IMG/VR virus record: IMGVR_UViG_3300017913_002030
Coordinates: 19,939 to 83,938 of that record
Reading direction: 5' to 3' (one strand)
DNA from: a virus
Taxonomy: Duplodnaviria > Caudoviricetes
DNA length: 64,000 bases
This document shows positions 19,584 to 27,326 of this stretch, piece by piece; within the stretch, counting starts at the first letter, position 1; the number at the start of each line of letters is the position of its first letter. The position numbers and the translations under genes were made by a program. Below the pieces are notes generated by a model. That model saw nothing but the letters and a program-made list of their open reading frames with translations, made no database searches and was not told the origin of the DNA.

Positions 19584-20218
19584 TGGCTGATATCGAAGAT
19601 TTAAAAAGCAGACTCACAAAGAAGAACGGTATTGCGTCTACTAACCAGTACAAAGTAGTACTCCCTGGCTTCAAAGGTGCGTCGTCGAAAAAGGATCTAG
19701 ACCTTCTCTGTAAAGAAGTAAACATGCCTGGTAAACAAATTCTCACGGCAGACAGACAAATTGGCATTTACAGTGAAAAGATGGTGAATGGATTTGCAGT
19801 AGAAGATGTGTCAATGACATTCTATGTCTTAAATGACTATGGTGTCAAGAAGTGGTTTGACACTTGGCGCGGCCGAATGGTCGGCGATTCAAGATCTGAC
19901 GCAGGTCGCGGTACTGTCGGATACAAAAAAGATTACGTCGAACAGATTGAGATCCACCAACTGAGAAAGCCAGTCGCACGATTTGGGTTCGATCTTGGTC
20001 CACTCGATATTGACTTTGATGTACTTGGTGCATCAATATACAGCGTAAAACTAATCGATGCATTTCCAACAACATTGTCTTCGATACAATTATCGAATGA
20101 TGCTGATGGTTTAGTCGAAGTGAATATACAGTTCTCTTATACGAACTGGGAAGTTATGAAAGATGAAAGAAGTCTACTTGACTTAGATATAAATCTAAAT
20201 CTAGGTGGTTTAATTTAA
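19583..20218 (+). CDS. gp54: Tail-tube initiator gp54 (gp19 tail-tube family)
   Basis: LLCKEVNMPGKQI and YSVKLIDAFPTTLSSIQLS...VNIQFSYTNW motifs. Confidence 0.75.
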   Translation: MADIEDLKSRLTKKNGIASTNQYKVVLPGFKGASSKKDLDLLCKEVNMPGKQILTADRQIGIYSEKMVNGFAVEDVSMTFYVLNDYGVKKWFDTWRGRMVGDSRSDAGRGTVGYKKDYVEQIEIHQLRKPVARFGFDLGPLDIDFDVLGASIYSVKLIDAFPTTLSSIQLSNDADGLVEVNIQFSYTNWEVMKDERSLLDLDINLNLGGLI

Positions 20219-20234
20219 ATTATTAGGATACATT

Positions 20235-20942
20235 ATGGCATTACCAAAACTTAATTCTGCACCTGTTTATGAAATGACTGTACCGTCTACTGGTCAGAGC
20301 GTTACATACAGACCATTTCTGGTGAAAGAACAGAAGAATCTTCTAATCGCATTCGAGGCACAAAACAGACGCGACCTTGTTCGTGCGGTTCAACGTACGA
20401 TCGAGGCGTGTGTAGAAGATCGCATAGACAATAGACTGACAACGTTTGATGTAGACTATATGTTTACCAAGATTCGTGCAAAGTCTGTTGGTGAGACTGC
20501 TGACGTACTCATACCGTGCTCTGAATGCGAGACACAAAACGAAGTAAAGGTCGATCTAGACGATATTTCAGTAGACGCAGAAATGCCTGAGATGACGGTA
20601 GATGTCACCGATAGTGTCTCTGTTCAAATGAAGTTTCCGACGTACGATGACTTTCTATCGAACGATATGTTATTAGATAGTACGACTGTAACAGAGGCTC
20701 TATTACAATTGATTATCACATGTATGGACTCTGTGCTCACAGAAGAAGAGAGATACTCGCTACGTGATGAGTCGCACGAAGAAGTGGTCAACTTTTTAGA
20801 GTCAATGACAGCAGAACAGTTTGAAAAGATCTCGCAATTTGCGAATAATATTCCAAACGTTACTAAAAATATTTCTTTCTCTTGCACGTCATGTGGTCAT
20901 GAGAATGAAAAGACATTGAAAGGACTTGATGATTTTTTTTAA
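20235..20942 (+). CDS. gp26: Baseplate hub assembly chaperone gp26
   Basis: MALPKL..PVYEMTVPSTG..VTYRPFLVKEQKNLLIA, KIRAKSVGE and CxxC pairs; ends ...LKGLDDFF*. Confidence 0.9.
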   Translation: MALPKLNSAPVYEMTVPSTGQSVTYRPFLVKEQKNLLIAFEAQNRRDLVRAVQRTIEACVEDRIDNRLTTFDVDYMFTKIRAKSVGETADVLIPCSECETQNEVKVDLDDISVDAEMPEMTVDVTDSVSVQMKFPTYDDFLSNDMLLDSTTVTEALLQLIITCMDSVLTEEERYSLRDESHEEVVNFLESMTAEQFEKISQFANNIPNVTKNISFSCTSCGHENEKTLKGLDDFF

Positions 20943-21121
20943 TAAATCTCTCTCATGATAGTTTGACCAATTATTATCAAGTCAATTTTCAACTAATGAA
21001 TAACTTTAATTACTCATTAGATGAGGTCGAAGGGATGATGCCTTGGGAGAGAGAAATCTACTTAACACTATTAGTTGATGATATAAAAGAAAAGAATCAA
21101 CGGGCGAAACAACAAGGATAA
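20933..21121 (+). CDS. gp51: gp51-like hub assembly catalyst ORF in the -1 frame relative to gp26 (first ATG only at 20996)
   Basis: Frame open from 20933: FFLINLSHDSLTNYYQVNFQLMNNFNYSLDEVEGMMPWEREIYLTLLVDDIKEKNQRAKQQG*; MPWEREIY is characteristic of T4-like gp51. Confidence 0.8.
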   Translation, partial: FFLINLSHDSLTNYYQVNFQLMNNFNYSLDEVEGMMPWEREIYLTLLVDDIKEKNQRAKQQG

Positions 21122-21124
21122 AAA

Positions 21125-22813
21125 ATGAGCCTTAGAGCCGTATCAGAAAAACTAGGTCAACAGACTGATCTTCTAGTGGAGATCGGTAATGATATCTATG
21201 ATTACTTAGATACGGTAATCGAACGTAGTGTGTTGACTGGCGCAAGTCTAGACAGTCTAAACTCGACCAACATGCAAATACTGCAAACGATCGAGGCAGC
21301 GCAACAACCAACAGGTGACGAATTAGAAGAGAAACGTGATCGTCAAGCATTCGATAATAGAATGTTGACCCTAATGCAAGAGATCGCAACTAACACCAAA
21401 GGCGGCAAAGAAAAGAGTGGCGGTGGTTCTAATATAGGATTTTTTGCTGGTGCCTTAGCAGGAGCGGCAAGGGGTGTGGGTGCTGGTGCTGGTTTCGCCG
21501 CATTAGGTTTGGGCATCGGCGCATTCTTTGCAGGTCTTGTTGCTGCGGATGCTGCAGGCAGTTATCTCAGAGTAGATGGTTCAGCACTTAAAAATCAAAT
21601 AATCAATCTAAGTGAAGCCCTATCTGCCGCACCTAAAGATGGACTTTTAATACTCGGCGGTCTCATTGCGGGTGGCGGTATCTTAGGTGCGCTTGCCGGA
21701 ACTCGTGCGTCTGGTAGAGGCGCAGGTGGTATGGCTGCTCTAGGTCTTGGGCTAGGTGGGTTCTTTGCAGGTCTTGCTGTAGGCGATAAGGCAATGTCTT
21801 GGATGAATGTTGACGGATCTAAACTAAAAGCAATGATGGTGAATCTTGCCGAAGGTTTGAGTGCATTCAGTGGTGGTCAGTTAGCAGGTATTGGTGCACT
21901 TCTGGCAGTGGGCGGAATATTTGGCGCATTACCGGGAGGCGCAGGTCTCAAAGCGTTAGGTAAGGCCGCTGTTGGCATGACTGCAATTGGTGCAGGTATA
22001 GGTGGATTCTTTGCGGGTCTTGCACTGGGTGACAAGGCGATGGACTGGATGAACGTCGATGGATCCAATCTACGCGATATGATGATTAACTTAGGTGATG
22101 GTCTGACAGGACTCACTCAACCTGACTACGGAAAACTTTTACTATTTCCAGGCGCTGCTGCGGCCGCAGCATTAGGTATTGCCGTATTAACAGGCGCTAA
22201 GGCAGTAGATGGGGTTTCAAATTTTATAGGTTCTATAGGCGATTTTATCACTGGCGATTCATCAACAATGTATGATCGTATCACCGAAGGTCTTAAAAAG
22301 CTTGAGACCGTAGACACAGAAAAATTGAAGCAATTTGATCCAGCAGCGATTGCGATAGGTAATATGGCGTCAGCATTGAATGCCATGGGCGATGTCAATA
22401 TGGGAGATGTTCAAAAATCTGTAGAAGGTCTTGCTGACACGCTTGCATTCACTATACCTATGCTGCATGAAGCGTCTATTGGTGGAACATTTAAATATGA
22501 CGGTGGTATATTTAAAGGCGATGTCGAACGAGATTTCTCGCCTGGACTAAACAGTATACCTAAATCAACTTTCGATAAAATCAATTCGATCGTTTCTGTG
22601 AACACGGCGTCTCAACAAAACGCGCCAACATCTTCTAATAACATGTCTACACTGATTCGTGAGAGTAATGAGACTAAGAATAATGCGCCTGTAGTCGTAA
22701 TGGATAACAGCACATCTAACGTCAACGGAGGCGGAGGTGGCGGCGGACCTATCATAGAGTCGAGCGTTTCTTATAACGATACATTAGACCCATACATCGT
22801 TACCCGCAAATAA
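21125..22813 (+). CDS. Tape measure-like protein (gp29 position)
   Basis: 562 aa, helical N-terminus, Gly/Ala-rich repeated hydrophobic segments, C-terminal APVVVMDNS motif; follows gp26/gp51. Confidence 0.65.
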   Translation: MSLRAVSEKLGQQTDLLVEIGNDIYDYLDTVIERSVLTGASLDSLNSTNMQILQTIEAAQQPTGDELEEKRDRQAFDNRMLTLMQEIATNTKGGKEKSGGGSNIGFFAGALAGAARGVGAGAGFAALGLGIGAFFAGLVAADAAGSYLRVDGSALKNQIINLSEALSAAPKDGLLILGGLIAGGGILGALAGTRASGRGAGGMAALGLGLGGFFAGLAVGDKAMSWMNVDGSKLKAMMVNLAEGLSAFSGGQLAGIGALLAVGGIFGALPGGAGLKALGKAAVGMTAIGAGIGGFFAGLALGDKAMDWMNVDGSNLRDMMINLGDGLTGLTQPDYGKLLLFPGAAAAAALGIAVLTGAKAVDGVSNFIGSIGDFITGDSSTMYDRITEGLKKLETVDTEKLKQFDPAAIAIGNMASALNAMGDVNMGDVQKSVEGLADTLAFTIPMLHEASIGGTFKYDGGIFKGDVERDFSPGLNSIPKSTFDKINSIVSVNTASQQNAPTSSNNMSTLIRESNETKNNAPVVVMDNSTSNVNGGGGGGGPIIESSVSYNDTLDPYIVTRK

Positions 22814-22844
22814 AAAAAAGAGGACTTAATGTCCTCTTACTTTT
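22811..22844. terminator. Intrinsic terminator between convergent genes
   Basis: AAGAGGAC-TTAAT-GTCCTCTT hairpin flanked by an A8 tract (minus-strand U tract) and ACTTTT. Confidence 0.8.
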
Positions 22845-23106
22845 AGTGATTGAGAATTGCTTCAATCATTCGTGCTTTAGTCCAAGATGGTCTGAGTTCT
22901 GGTCTCACTCCGATAGTATTACCAATAGTGATTAACTCCGCCTTAGTCAACGCATTTAGTTCTTCCTCAGTATAAGAAGGCGTTGGTTGTTCAGGCTCGA
23001 CAACATCTTTTACAGGTTTGGTGGGTTTGCTAGAAGCAGTTCTCCACATTACCGCAAAAACAACTACCGCTAAGATAATTGCTAGTACTGCATACTCCTG
23101 TGACAT
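22843..23106 (-). CDS. Small membrane-anchored protein with a C-terminal Rho-N/SAP-like helix pair
   Basis: MSQEYAVLAIILAVVVFAVMW TM segment; LNALTKAELITIG...WTKARMIEAIL; start reassigned to 23106. Confidence 0.6.
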   Translation of the reverse strand: MSQEYAVLAIILAVVVFAVMWRTASSKPTKPVKDVVEPEQPTPSYTEEELNALTKAELITIGNTIGVRPELRPSWTKARMIEAILNH

Positions 23107-23110
23107 TTGA

Positions 23111-24058
23111 TTAGTCCTCCGCTGCCATCTGTGCAAAGTACGACAGAGTGTCGTCCTCTTCGGTCGCGACCGCTGCAGTGGCAGGAACAGGAGCGGCTAC
23201 GATTGTTGGTTCAGATGCTTCTGCGATAGGCGCAGAGTCAGCGGTTTGAGCGAGAGCTTCGTTTTTCAACGTCGCACCAGCACCTGTGGCCAAACCTAGT
23301 ACAGTCTCTAACTTAGCCTTGAGGTCGTCATACGACTTGAACCAGTTCGAATCGTGTGCGTTAGGGTAGTTAGGGACTACAAACTCATTTAGATCATACA
23401 GAGTATTGTAGATCGCCTCGAGTTGTGTCTCATCAGCACCAGCAAGTGGGGCAGGAGTCTTGAAGTCAGACTTGTCATAGTTGCGATAACCCGCGACATT
23501 GCGGATCTTCAACTCAAAGTCGGCACCTGTCCAAAAGTCAAACGGATTGACTGGCTCCTCGCCTGGAAATTCTGGTTGCATCATATCCATGATCTTATCA
23601 AAGATCTTCTTACCGAACTCATAGATGAACACTTTGCCGTTGTTCGCTGGATTCGCAGGATCGTTAATAACTTGGATGTTTGTGACATAGTGTAGACGAC
23701 GCTTCTGGCGACGTGCTGTCTCTTTGTCTTCTTCGATGCCTGAGTTCCACAGACGTGAGTTCAACTCACCCACAGGGTCATTCTGACCTAGTGTAGTCAA
23801 TGAGCGTTCGATATACCACTGTCCGGTTGGACCTTTGAACGCGTGATCCCAGTAGCGAACCCAAGGGAGATCTTGACCTTCGGTCGCAGGAAGAAAACGA
23901 ATAACAGCGTAGCCGTTGCCCTGTTCATCAACAGTTGGCTTCCACTTTCGGTCGTCTTGATACTTGTTGGTGTTGGTGGTCTGACCCGCCGCTTCTGTCG
24001 CAGCGCTGACCAACTTAGAGATGTCCATAGATCTGGACTTAAGATTTGCAAAAGACAT
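23111..24058 (-). CDS. gp32: Single-stranded DNA-binding protein gp32
   Basis: GNGYAVIRFLP, WYIERSLTTLGQNDPV, YEFGKKIFDKI, NPFDFWTGADFELKI and YRNYDKSDF motifs; acidic tail. Confidence 0.96.
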   Translation of the reverse strand: MSFANLKSRSMDISKLVSAATEAAGQTTNTNKYQDDRKWKPTVDEQGNGYAVIRFLPATEGQDLPWVRYWDHAFKGPTGQWYIERSLTTLGQNDPVGELNSRLWNSGIEEDKETARRQKRRLHYVTNIQVINDPANPANNGKVFIYEFGKKIFDKIMDMMQPEFPGEEPVNPFDFWTGADFELKIRNVAGYRNYDKSDFKTPAPLAGADETQLEAIYNTLYDLNEFVVPNYPNAHDSNWFKSYDDLKAKLETVLGLATGAGATLKNEALAQTADSAPIAEASEPTIVAAPVPATAAVATEEDDTLSYFAQMAAED

Positions 24059-24120
24059 AATATGTACCTTGTATAAACTTAAATATAAACTAAAATATGA
24101 AATCGCCTCAAGGGCATAGC

Positions 24121-24128
24121 TATTTATA
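24121..24128 (-). promoter_or_regulatory. Late promoter TATAAATA upstream of gp32
   Basis: Exact consensus 63 nt before the gp32 start. Confidence 0.7.
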
Positions 24129-24369
24129 CGTCTAACGTGTTCTGCTTGGGTAAGAAATGTAACTGTCTCGCCTCGGCCTCAAGATGCTCAACTATAGTCG
24201 GTGATAGATATTTTTTGATATCTTCCAACTCTAGTCCGTTCTCTTCACATAGGTGTACAATAGTATCCATGTACGACATTTTGTTGTGGTATACGAAATT
24301 CTCAATCATTTGAGAAAATGACTTCTTTGTCAAGAAGTTTTCTTCTACCACCTTGCTATCTTCAAGCAT
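24124..24369 (-). CDS. gp33: Late transcription coactivator gp33
   Basis: FSQMIE...SYMDTIVHLCEENGLELEDIKKYLSPTIVEHLEAEA..LHFLPK; start reassigned to 24369. Confidence 0.88.
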   Translation of the reverse strand: MLEDSKVVEENFLTKKSFSQMIENFVYHNKMSYMDTIVHLCEENGLELEDIKKYLSPTIVEHLEAEARQLHFLPKQNTLDV

Positions 24370-24625
24370 TGATAATCTCAAAGTTTGTGACATTTTCCAC
24401 GCGAAACGATCTCCACGCTTGTTTGTCAATAGCATATGCACGTACAACAGATTTATTAACAGAATGCTTATCGATATCTGTTACTGACTCAGGAGTTTGA
24501 GAAGGCATATACTCAGTCAACAGCGTACATGGCATGACCCGTGTATCGCCGTTGACTTTGGTAAATGTAACTTCGCAAACATTAGACCGGAGCTCTTTAA
24601 CGATAGTATCATACAATTCTATCAT
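24362..24625 (-). CDS. Standalone WYL-like (SH3-type, DUF2693-like) small protein
   Basis: VCEVTFTKVNGDTRVMPCTL...YAIDKQAWRSFRVENV; RBS TAAGGAG before ATG 24625. Confidence 0.75.
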   Translation of the reverse strand: MIELYDTIVKELRSNVCEVTFTKVNGDTRVMPCTLLTEYMPSQTPESVTDIDKHSVNKSVVRAYAIDKQAWRSFRVENVTNFEIINA

Positions 24626-24635
24626 TTCAGTCTCC

Positions 24636-24920
24636 TTAGAATCGCTCAAATTCTTCGTCCTGAGATTCTTCCCCGCTATCCGCATGTACGGCTTCGAGAA
24701 ACTCTTCACTCTGATCGAGTACTGCAATAGTATGCTCGAAGGCTTCGAGTGTTGTGATGACGTTCTTACGCGTTTCATCATCTTCAGACAAATCAGCGTA
24801 CTCTTTTACGAATACGTCGAGAGTGTCCAAGTATGCAATGCGCATGTACTCACGTGCGATGAGTTCAACGTCATTGCGTGGATATTGACCGAGGTCAATA
24901 AGATTATCTGGTAGGGACAT
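24636..24920 (-). CDS. Hypothetical acidic protein
   Basis: ORF with RBS GAGGAG; fits the operon. Confidence 0.7.
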   Translation of the reverse strand: MSLPDNLIDLGQYPRNDVELIAREYMRIAYLDTLDVFVKEYADLSEDDETRKNVITTLEAFEHTIAVLDQSEEFLEAVHADSGEESQDEEFERF

Positions 24921-25156
24921 TAATTCCACTCCTCACTTTTGTTTGCTTGATATACATCTGAAAAATGCGAATCGACGAATCGAGACTCATCACCCCAGCG
25001 TACATCTGACTTGTAGTCTTGACGATCAAGACGTTCCACTTCAACAGCGAGACGCTTGGACGCCTCACTGATTTTGTTACGTTTTTGAATCTTAAGTGCT
25101 GCCGCACGAATCATAGCGTAACGTTCTTCTTTTGAAACAGGCATATTATAACTCAT
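24920..25156 (-). CDS. Hypothetical protein
   Basis: ORF in the same-strand series. Confidence 0.6.
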   Translation of the reverse strand: MSYNMPVSKEERYAMIRAAALKIQKRNKISEASKRLAVEVERLDRQDYKSDVRWGDESRFVDSHFSDVYQANKSEEWN

Positions 25157-25177
25157 ATATAGTCGTTTGTCAAGTGG

Positions 25178-25330
25178 TTAAAAACCGTTCTTAGGATACA
25201 ACAGGTCTTCGGGATAACCTTTCTTCTTGGTCTCCTTCTTCCTATCGATGTGGGTAGAGGCGCGATTGAATCGCCCCGCATACTTTGCGACCGGATTTGA
25301 TCGCTTCGTAGACTTCTTTTTCGTACTCAT
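25178..25330 (-). CDS. Small basic hypothetical protein (MSTKKKSTKRSNPVAKYAGRFNRA)
   Basis: NPVAK...FNRA motif recurs in T4-like phage small proteins; start reassigned. Confidence 0.55.
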   Translation of the reverse strand: MSTKKKSTKRSNPVAKYAGRFNRASTHIDRKKETKKKGYPEDLLYPKNGF

Positions 25331-25730
25331 AAGCTTCATTCTCCCATGGCTGGTCGCTGTAAATGAGATTTTGGTATTCTTTACCATCAAAGATCCACTT
25401 GTAAGACATGATGCCGTCTTGCAAGCAAAGACCCGAATGGATCAGTCTACCCGTTAAAATTTGCACTGCGTGAATCATCTCGTGTGCAATGTTGATTTTG
25501 ATCTGCATGTCATCGATACGCTCACCGTTGAAAGTCTCTGCGATCGAGATATCCACTTGATCTTCATCACCATCAACTAGTCCTGCAAATCGACCTAGAT
25601 CTTCAACAATCTCTATTTCGACATAACCAGGAAGACTAGAGATTCCTAAAAATCTGCCCACCTTATGAATGTACTTGTACAGCTCAGGCGGACAATTTTC
25701 TGATATCTCTATGTTTTCAGCGTATTGCAT
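25242..25730 (-). CDS. SprT-like HEXXH zinc metalloprotease
   Basis: NIAHEMIHAVQ and YSDQPWENEAY motifs. Confidence 0.8.
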   Translation of the reverse strand: MQYAENIEISENCPPELYKYIHKVGRFLGISSLPGYVEIEIVEDLGRFAGLVDGDEDQVDISIAETFNGERIDDMQIKINIAHEMIHAVQILTGRLIHSGLCLQDGIMSYKWIFDGKEYQNLIYSDQPWENEAYEYEKEVYEAIKSGRKVCGAIQSRLYPHR

Positions 25731-25954
25731 TACTTAGGCTCAACAACTTTGTTGTTACTGAATTCAACACCCTCGGGCCCTTTCAACTTACCGAGCAACC
25801 ACCAGTCTTCTGCCTGCAATTTAGCAACAGAGTTCTCACCCTCGTACTCGGAACCAAGTTCGTTATATTGATTCAGGTACTTGACTGCATCCATAAGGTT
25901 GTCAAAAGTCTGGGTGTCTTGATGATTATTTAACTTAGGCTTTGCGGTAAACAT
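25730..25954 (-). CDS. Hypothetical protein
   Basis: 74-aa ORF with a GAGAGAG leader. Confidence 0.65.
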   Translation of the reverse strand: MFTAKPKLNNHQDTQTFDNLMDAVKYLNQYNELGSEYEGENSVAKLQAEDWWLLGKLKGPEGVEFSNNKVVEPK

Positions 25955-26092
25955 TTTGATACTCTCTCTTTAACCAATACTTGTAAATTGAAAAATACAT
26001 CTGTGAAGTATATTTGGGACGAGAACCCGTGTACTGCTCGATCTCGTCACAATGTTCATACCACTTCTGACAACACCAATGACGGAAACTCA

Positions 26093-26641
26093 TTACGCGT
26101 ACCAACTTCGGTAGAATTCTTTGCCTTCTTCGGCAGGACCAGCACTTCGAACATCGTCGATGTTGATGTACTTACCAGTGATTCGCTTCTTGAACTCTTC
26201 ACCGATGAAGGCATCTTTGACTGGAACAACGCGGTCACTCATGAAACCCTCAGAACCCTCGACAGAGGCAACCGCGATCTCACGCAGAGTAACAGTCGCA
26301 CCCTTCTTGGCGACAACTTGGTAGGCATCAATGTTGGTCTGTTCCCAACCCCAAGAAGCAACGTAGATGTCACCCTCTTTGACACCCTCAAGAGCGGCAG
26401 CCTTCGCAGCGGCACGAGCGATCTTTCGCTCCTCTTTCCACTTGTCGGCACGTTCGAGACCCGCAAGGAACTCTTCAACGTGTTCGATCATGCGAGCGAC
26501 ACTACCGTAACGGTAGTTGAACTCAATCTTGTAACCAAGACGAGCACGCTTACTAGGGCGTACACACTTGGCAACGATTCGTGCTTCATCGATCTCCAAC
26601 TGGAGACCACGCGCTTCGTACTTCTCAATCAAACTCAACAT
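26093..26641 (-). CDS. Hypothetical early protein
   Basis: VKEGDIYVASWGWEQTNIDAYQVV motif; directly behind a sigma70 promoter. Confidence 0.75.
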   Translation of the reverse strand: MLSLIEKYEARGLQLEIDEARIVAKCVRPSKRARLGYKIEFNYRYGSVARMIEHVEEFLAGLERADKWKEERKIARAAAKAAALEGVKEGDIYVASWGWEQTNIDAYQVVAKKGATVTLREIAVASVEGSEGFMSDRVVPVKDAFIGEEFKKRITGKYINIDDVRSAGPAEEGKEFYRSWYA

Positions 26642-26676
26642 AACAATCTCTCTCTATCAACTCAACTTACATAGTA

Positions 26677-26740
26677 ATTGTATCAAATCCACATGGATTG
26701 TCAACACTTTTCGAAAACTTTTTTATGTTAATTTTTCACA
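26677..26740 (-). promoter_or_regulatory. Early sigma70 promoter TTGACA-16-TACAAT with upstream palindrome
   Basis: -35 at 26704-26699, -10 at 26682-26677, TGTTA-N5-TCACA at 26726-26740. Confidence 0.75.
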
Positions 26741-26959
26741 ATAAATGGGTTGCACTTTTCTCTCAACAATTTCCATTGCGCAGGGTTCACTAGCGAAAAC
26801 TTTCCAAGTGCCATCGTACTGACTGGCGATAGTGATCTCAAACTCTTCTCCGTAAATATCGTACGCTTCAAACTTGAACTCGTAGAAGATGTTGGGTTCA
26901 CCCAATCGTTCTACTAATCGTTCATAAGACGCGTCGATGTATCCTTGTAACTCACTCAT
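26723..26959 (-). CDS. Hypothetical protein
   Basis: 78-aa ORF. Confidence 0.6.
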   Translation of the reverse strand: MSELQGYIDASYERLVERLGEPNIFYEFKFEAYDIYGEEFEITIASQYDGTWKVFASEPCAMEIVERKVQPIYCEKLT

Positions 26960-26961
26960 CG

Positions 26962-27186
26962 CTAACTGGCTCGCAGGTTGGCTTGTTCACGGGCCCAGAC
27001 ATAACGACGGCCGCGGTTCGCGACAGTCTCAGTGCCGCCGACAAGACCGGCAACCATGTTACGAACGAGACGTGACTCACGGCCGGGAGGACAAACGTGA
27101 ACACGATTCGCAGCGAGATAGGCAGCGACATCGGCATCAAGAGCTACACGACGATCATCAGCAGAAAGGTTGGCAAAACGAGACAT
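26962..27186 (-). CDS. Hypothetical 74-aa protein (MSRFANLSADDRR)
   Basis: Strong RBS TAAGGAG before ATG 27186. Confidence 0.65.
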   Translation of the reverse strand: MSRFANLSADDRRVALDADVAAYLAANRVHVCPPGRESRLVRNMVAGLVGGTETVANRGRRYVWAREQANLRAS

Positions 27187-27208
27187 AACTAACTCCTTAA
27201 AAGAAAAG

Positions 27209-27275
27209 AAACGAGGCGAGAAGCAGTGGACCCCTGAGGTCCCTAGCGAATCAATCGCGCCAGATCTCACCAACT
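27209..27275 (-). ncRNA. Candidate structured 5' leader RNA (three-way junction)
   Basis: P1 GGUGAGA/UCUCGCC encloses hairpins CUGGCG/CGCUAG and GGACCU/GGGUCC, followed by a U-rich tract. Confidence 0.4.
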
Positions 27276-27285
27276 CACAATACAT

Positions 27286-27313
27286 ATTATACTCGTTTTG
27301 AAAATAAAGTCAA
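27286..27313 (-). promoter_or_regulatory. Early sigma70 promoter TTGACT-16-TATAAT
   Basis: Hexamers at 27313-27308 and 27291-27286. Confidence 0.75.
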
Positions 27314-27326
27314 TAGTTTTTTTAGA

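Noticed and set aside
20956-20985. H-type pseudoknot (TGATA/TATCA plus TTGAC/GTCAA) as the frameshift stimulator
   Set aside because: It starts 16 nt from the slippery site, and loop 3 would be only 1 nt, which is geometrically implausible; the stems are weak and AU-rich.
25145-25173. TTGACA-17-TATAAT promoter upstream of ORF 24920
   Set aside because: The -10 lies inside the ORF start region (adjacent to ATG 25144), so the transcript would miss that start; function is ambiguous and I did not list it as a feature.
25988-26674. 228-aa + strand ORF and other long antisense ORFs (e.g. 46106, 34447, 53526, 24534)
   Set aside because: They are shadows of well-supported minus-strand genes, with no RBS or promoter and no recognisable motifs.
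27209-27275. tRNA (GGTGAGA...TCTCGCC acceptor-like stem)
   Set aside because: Only about 58 nt, with no T-loop (TTCRA), D-loop or anticodon arm geometry.
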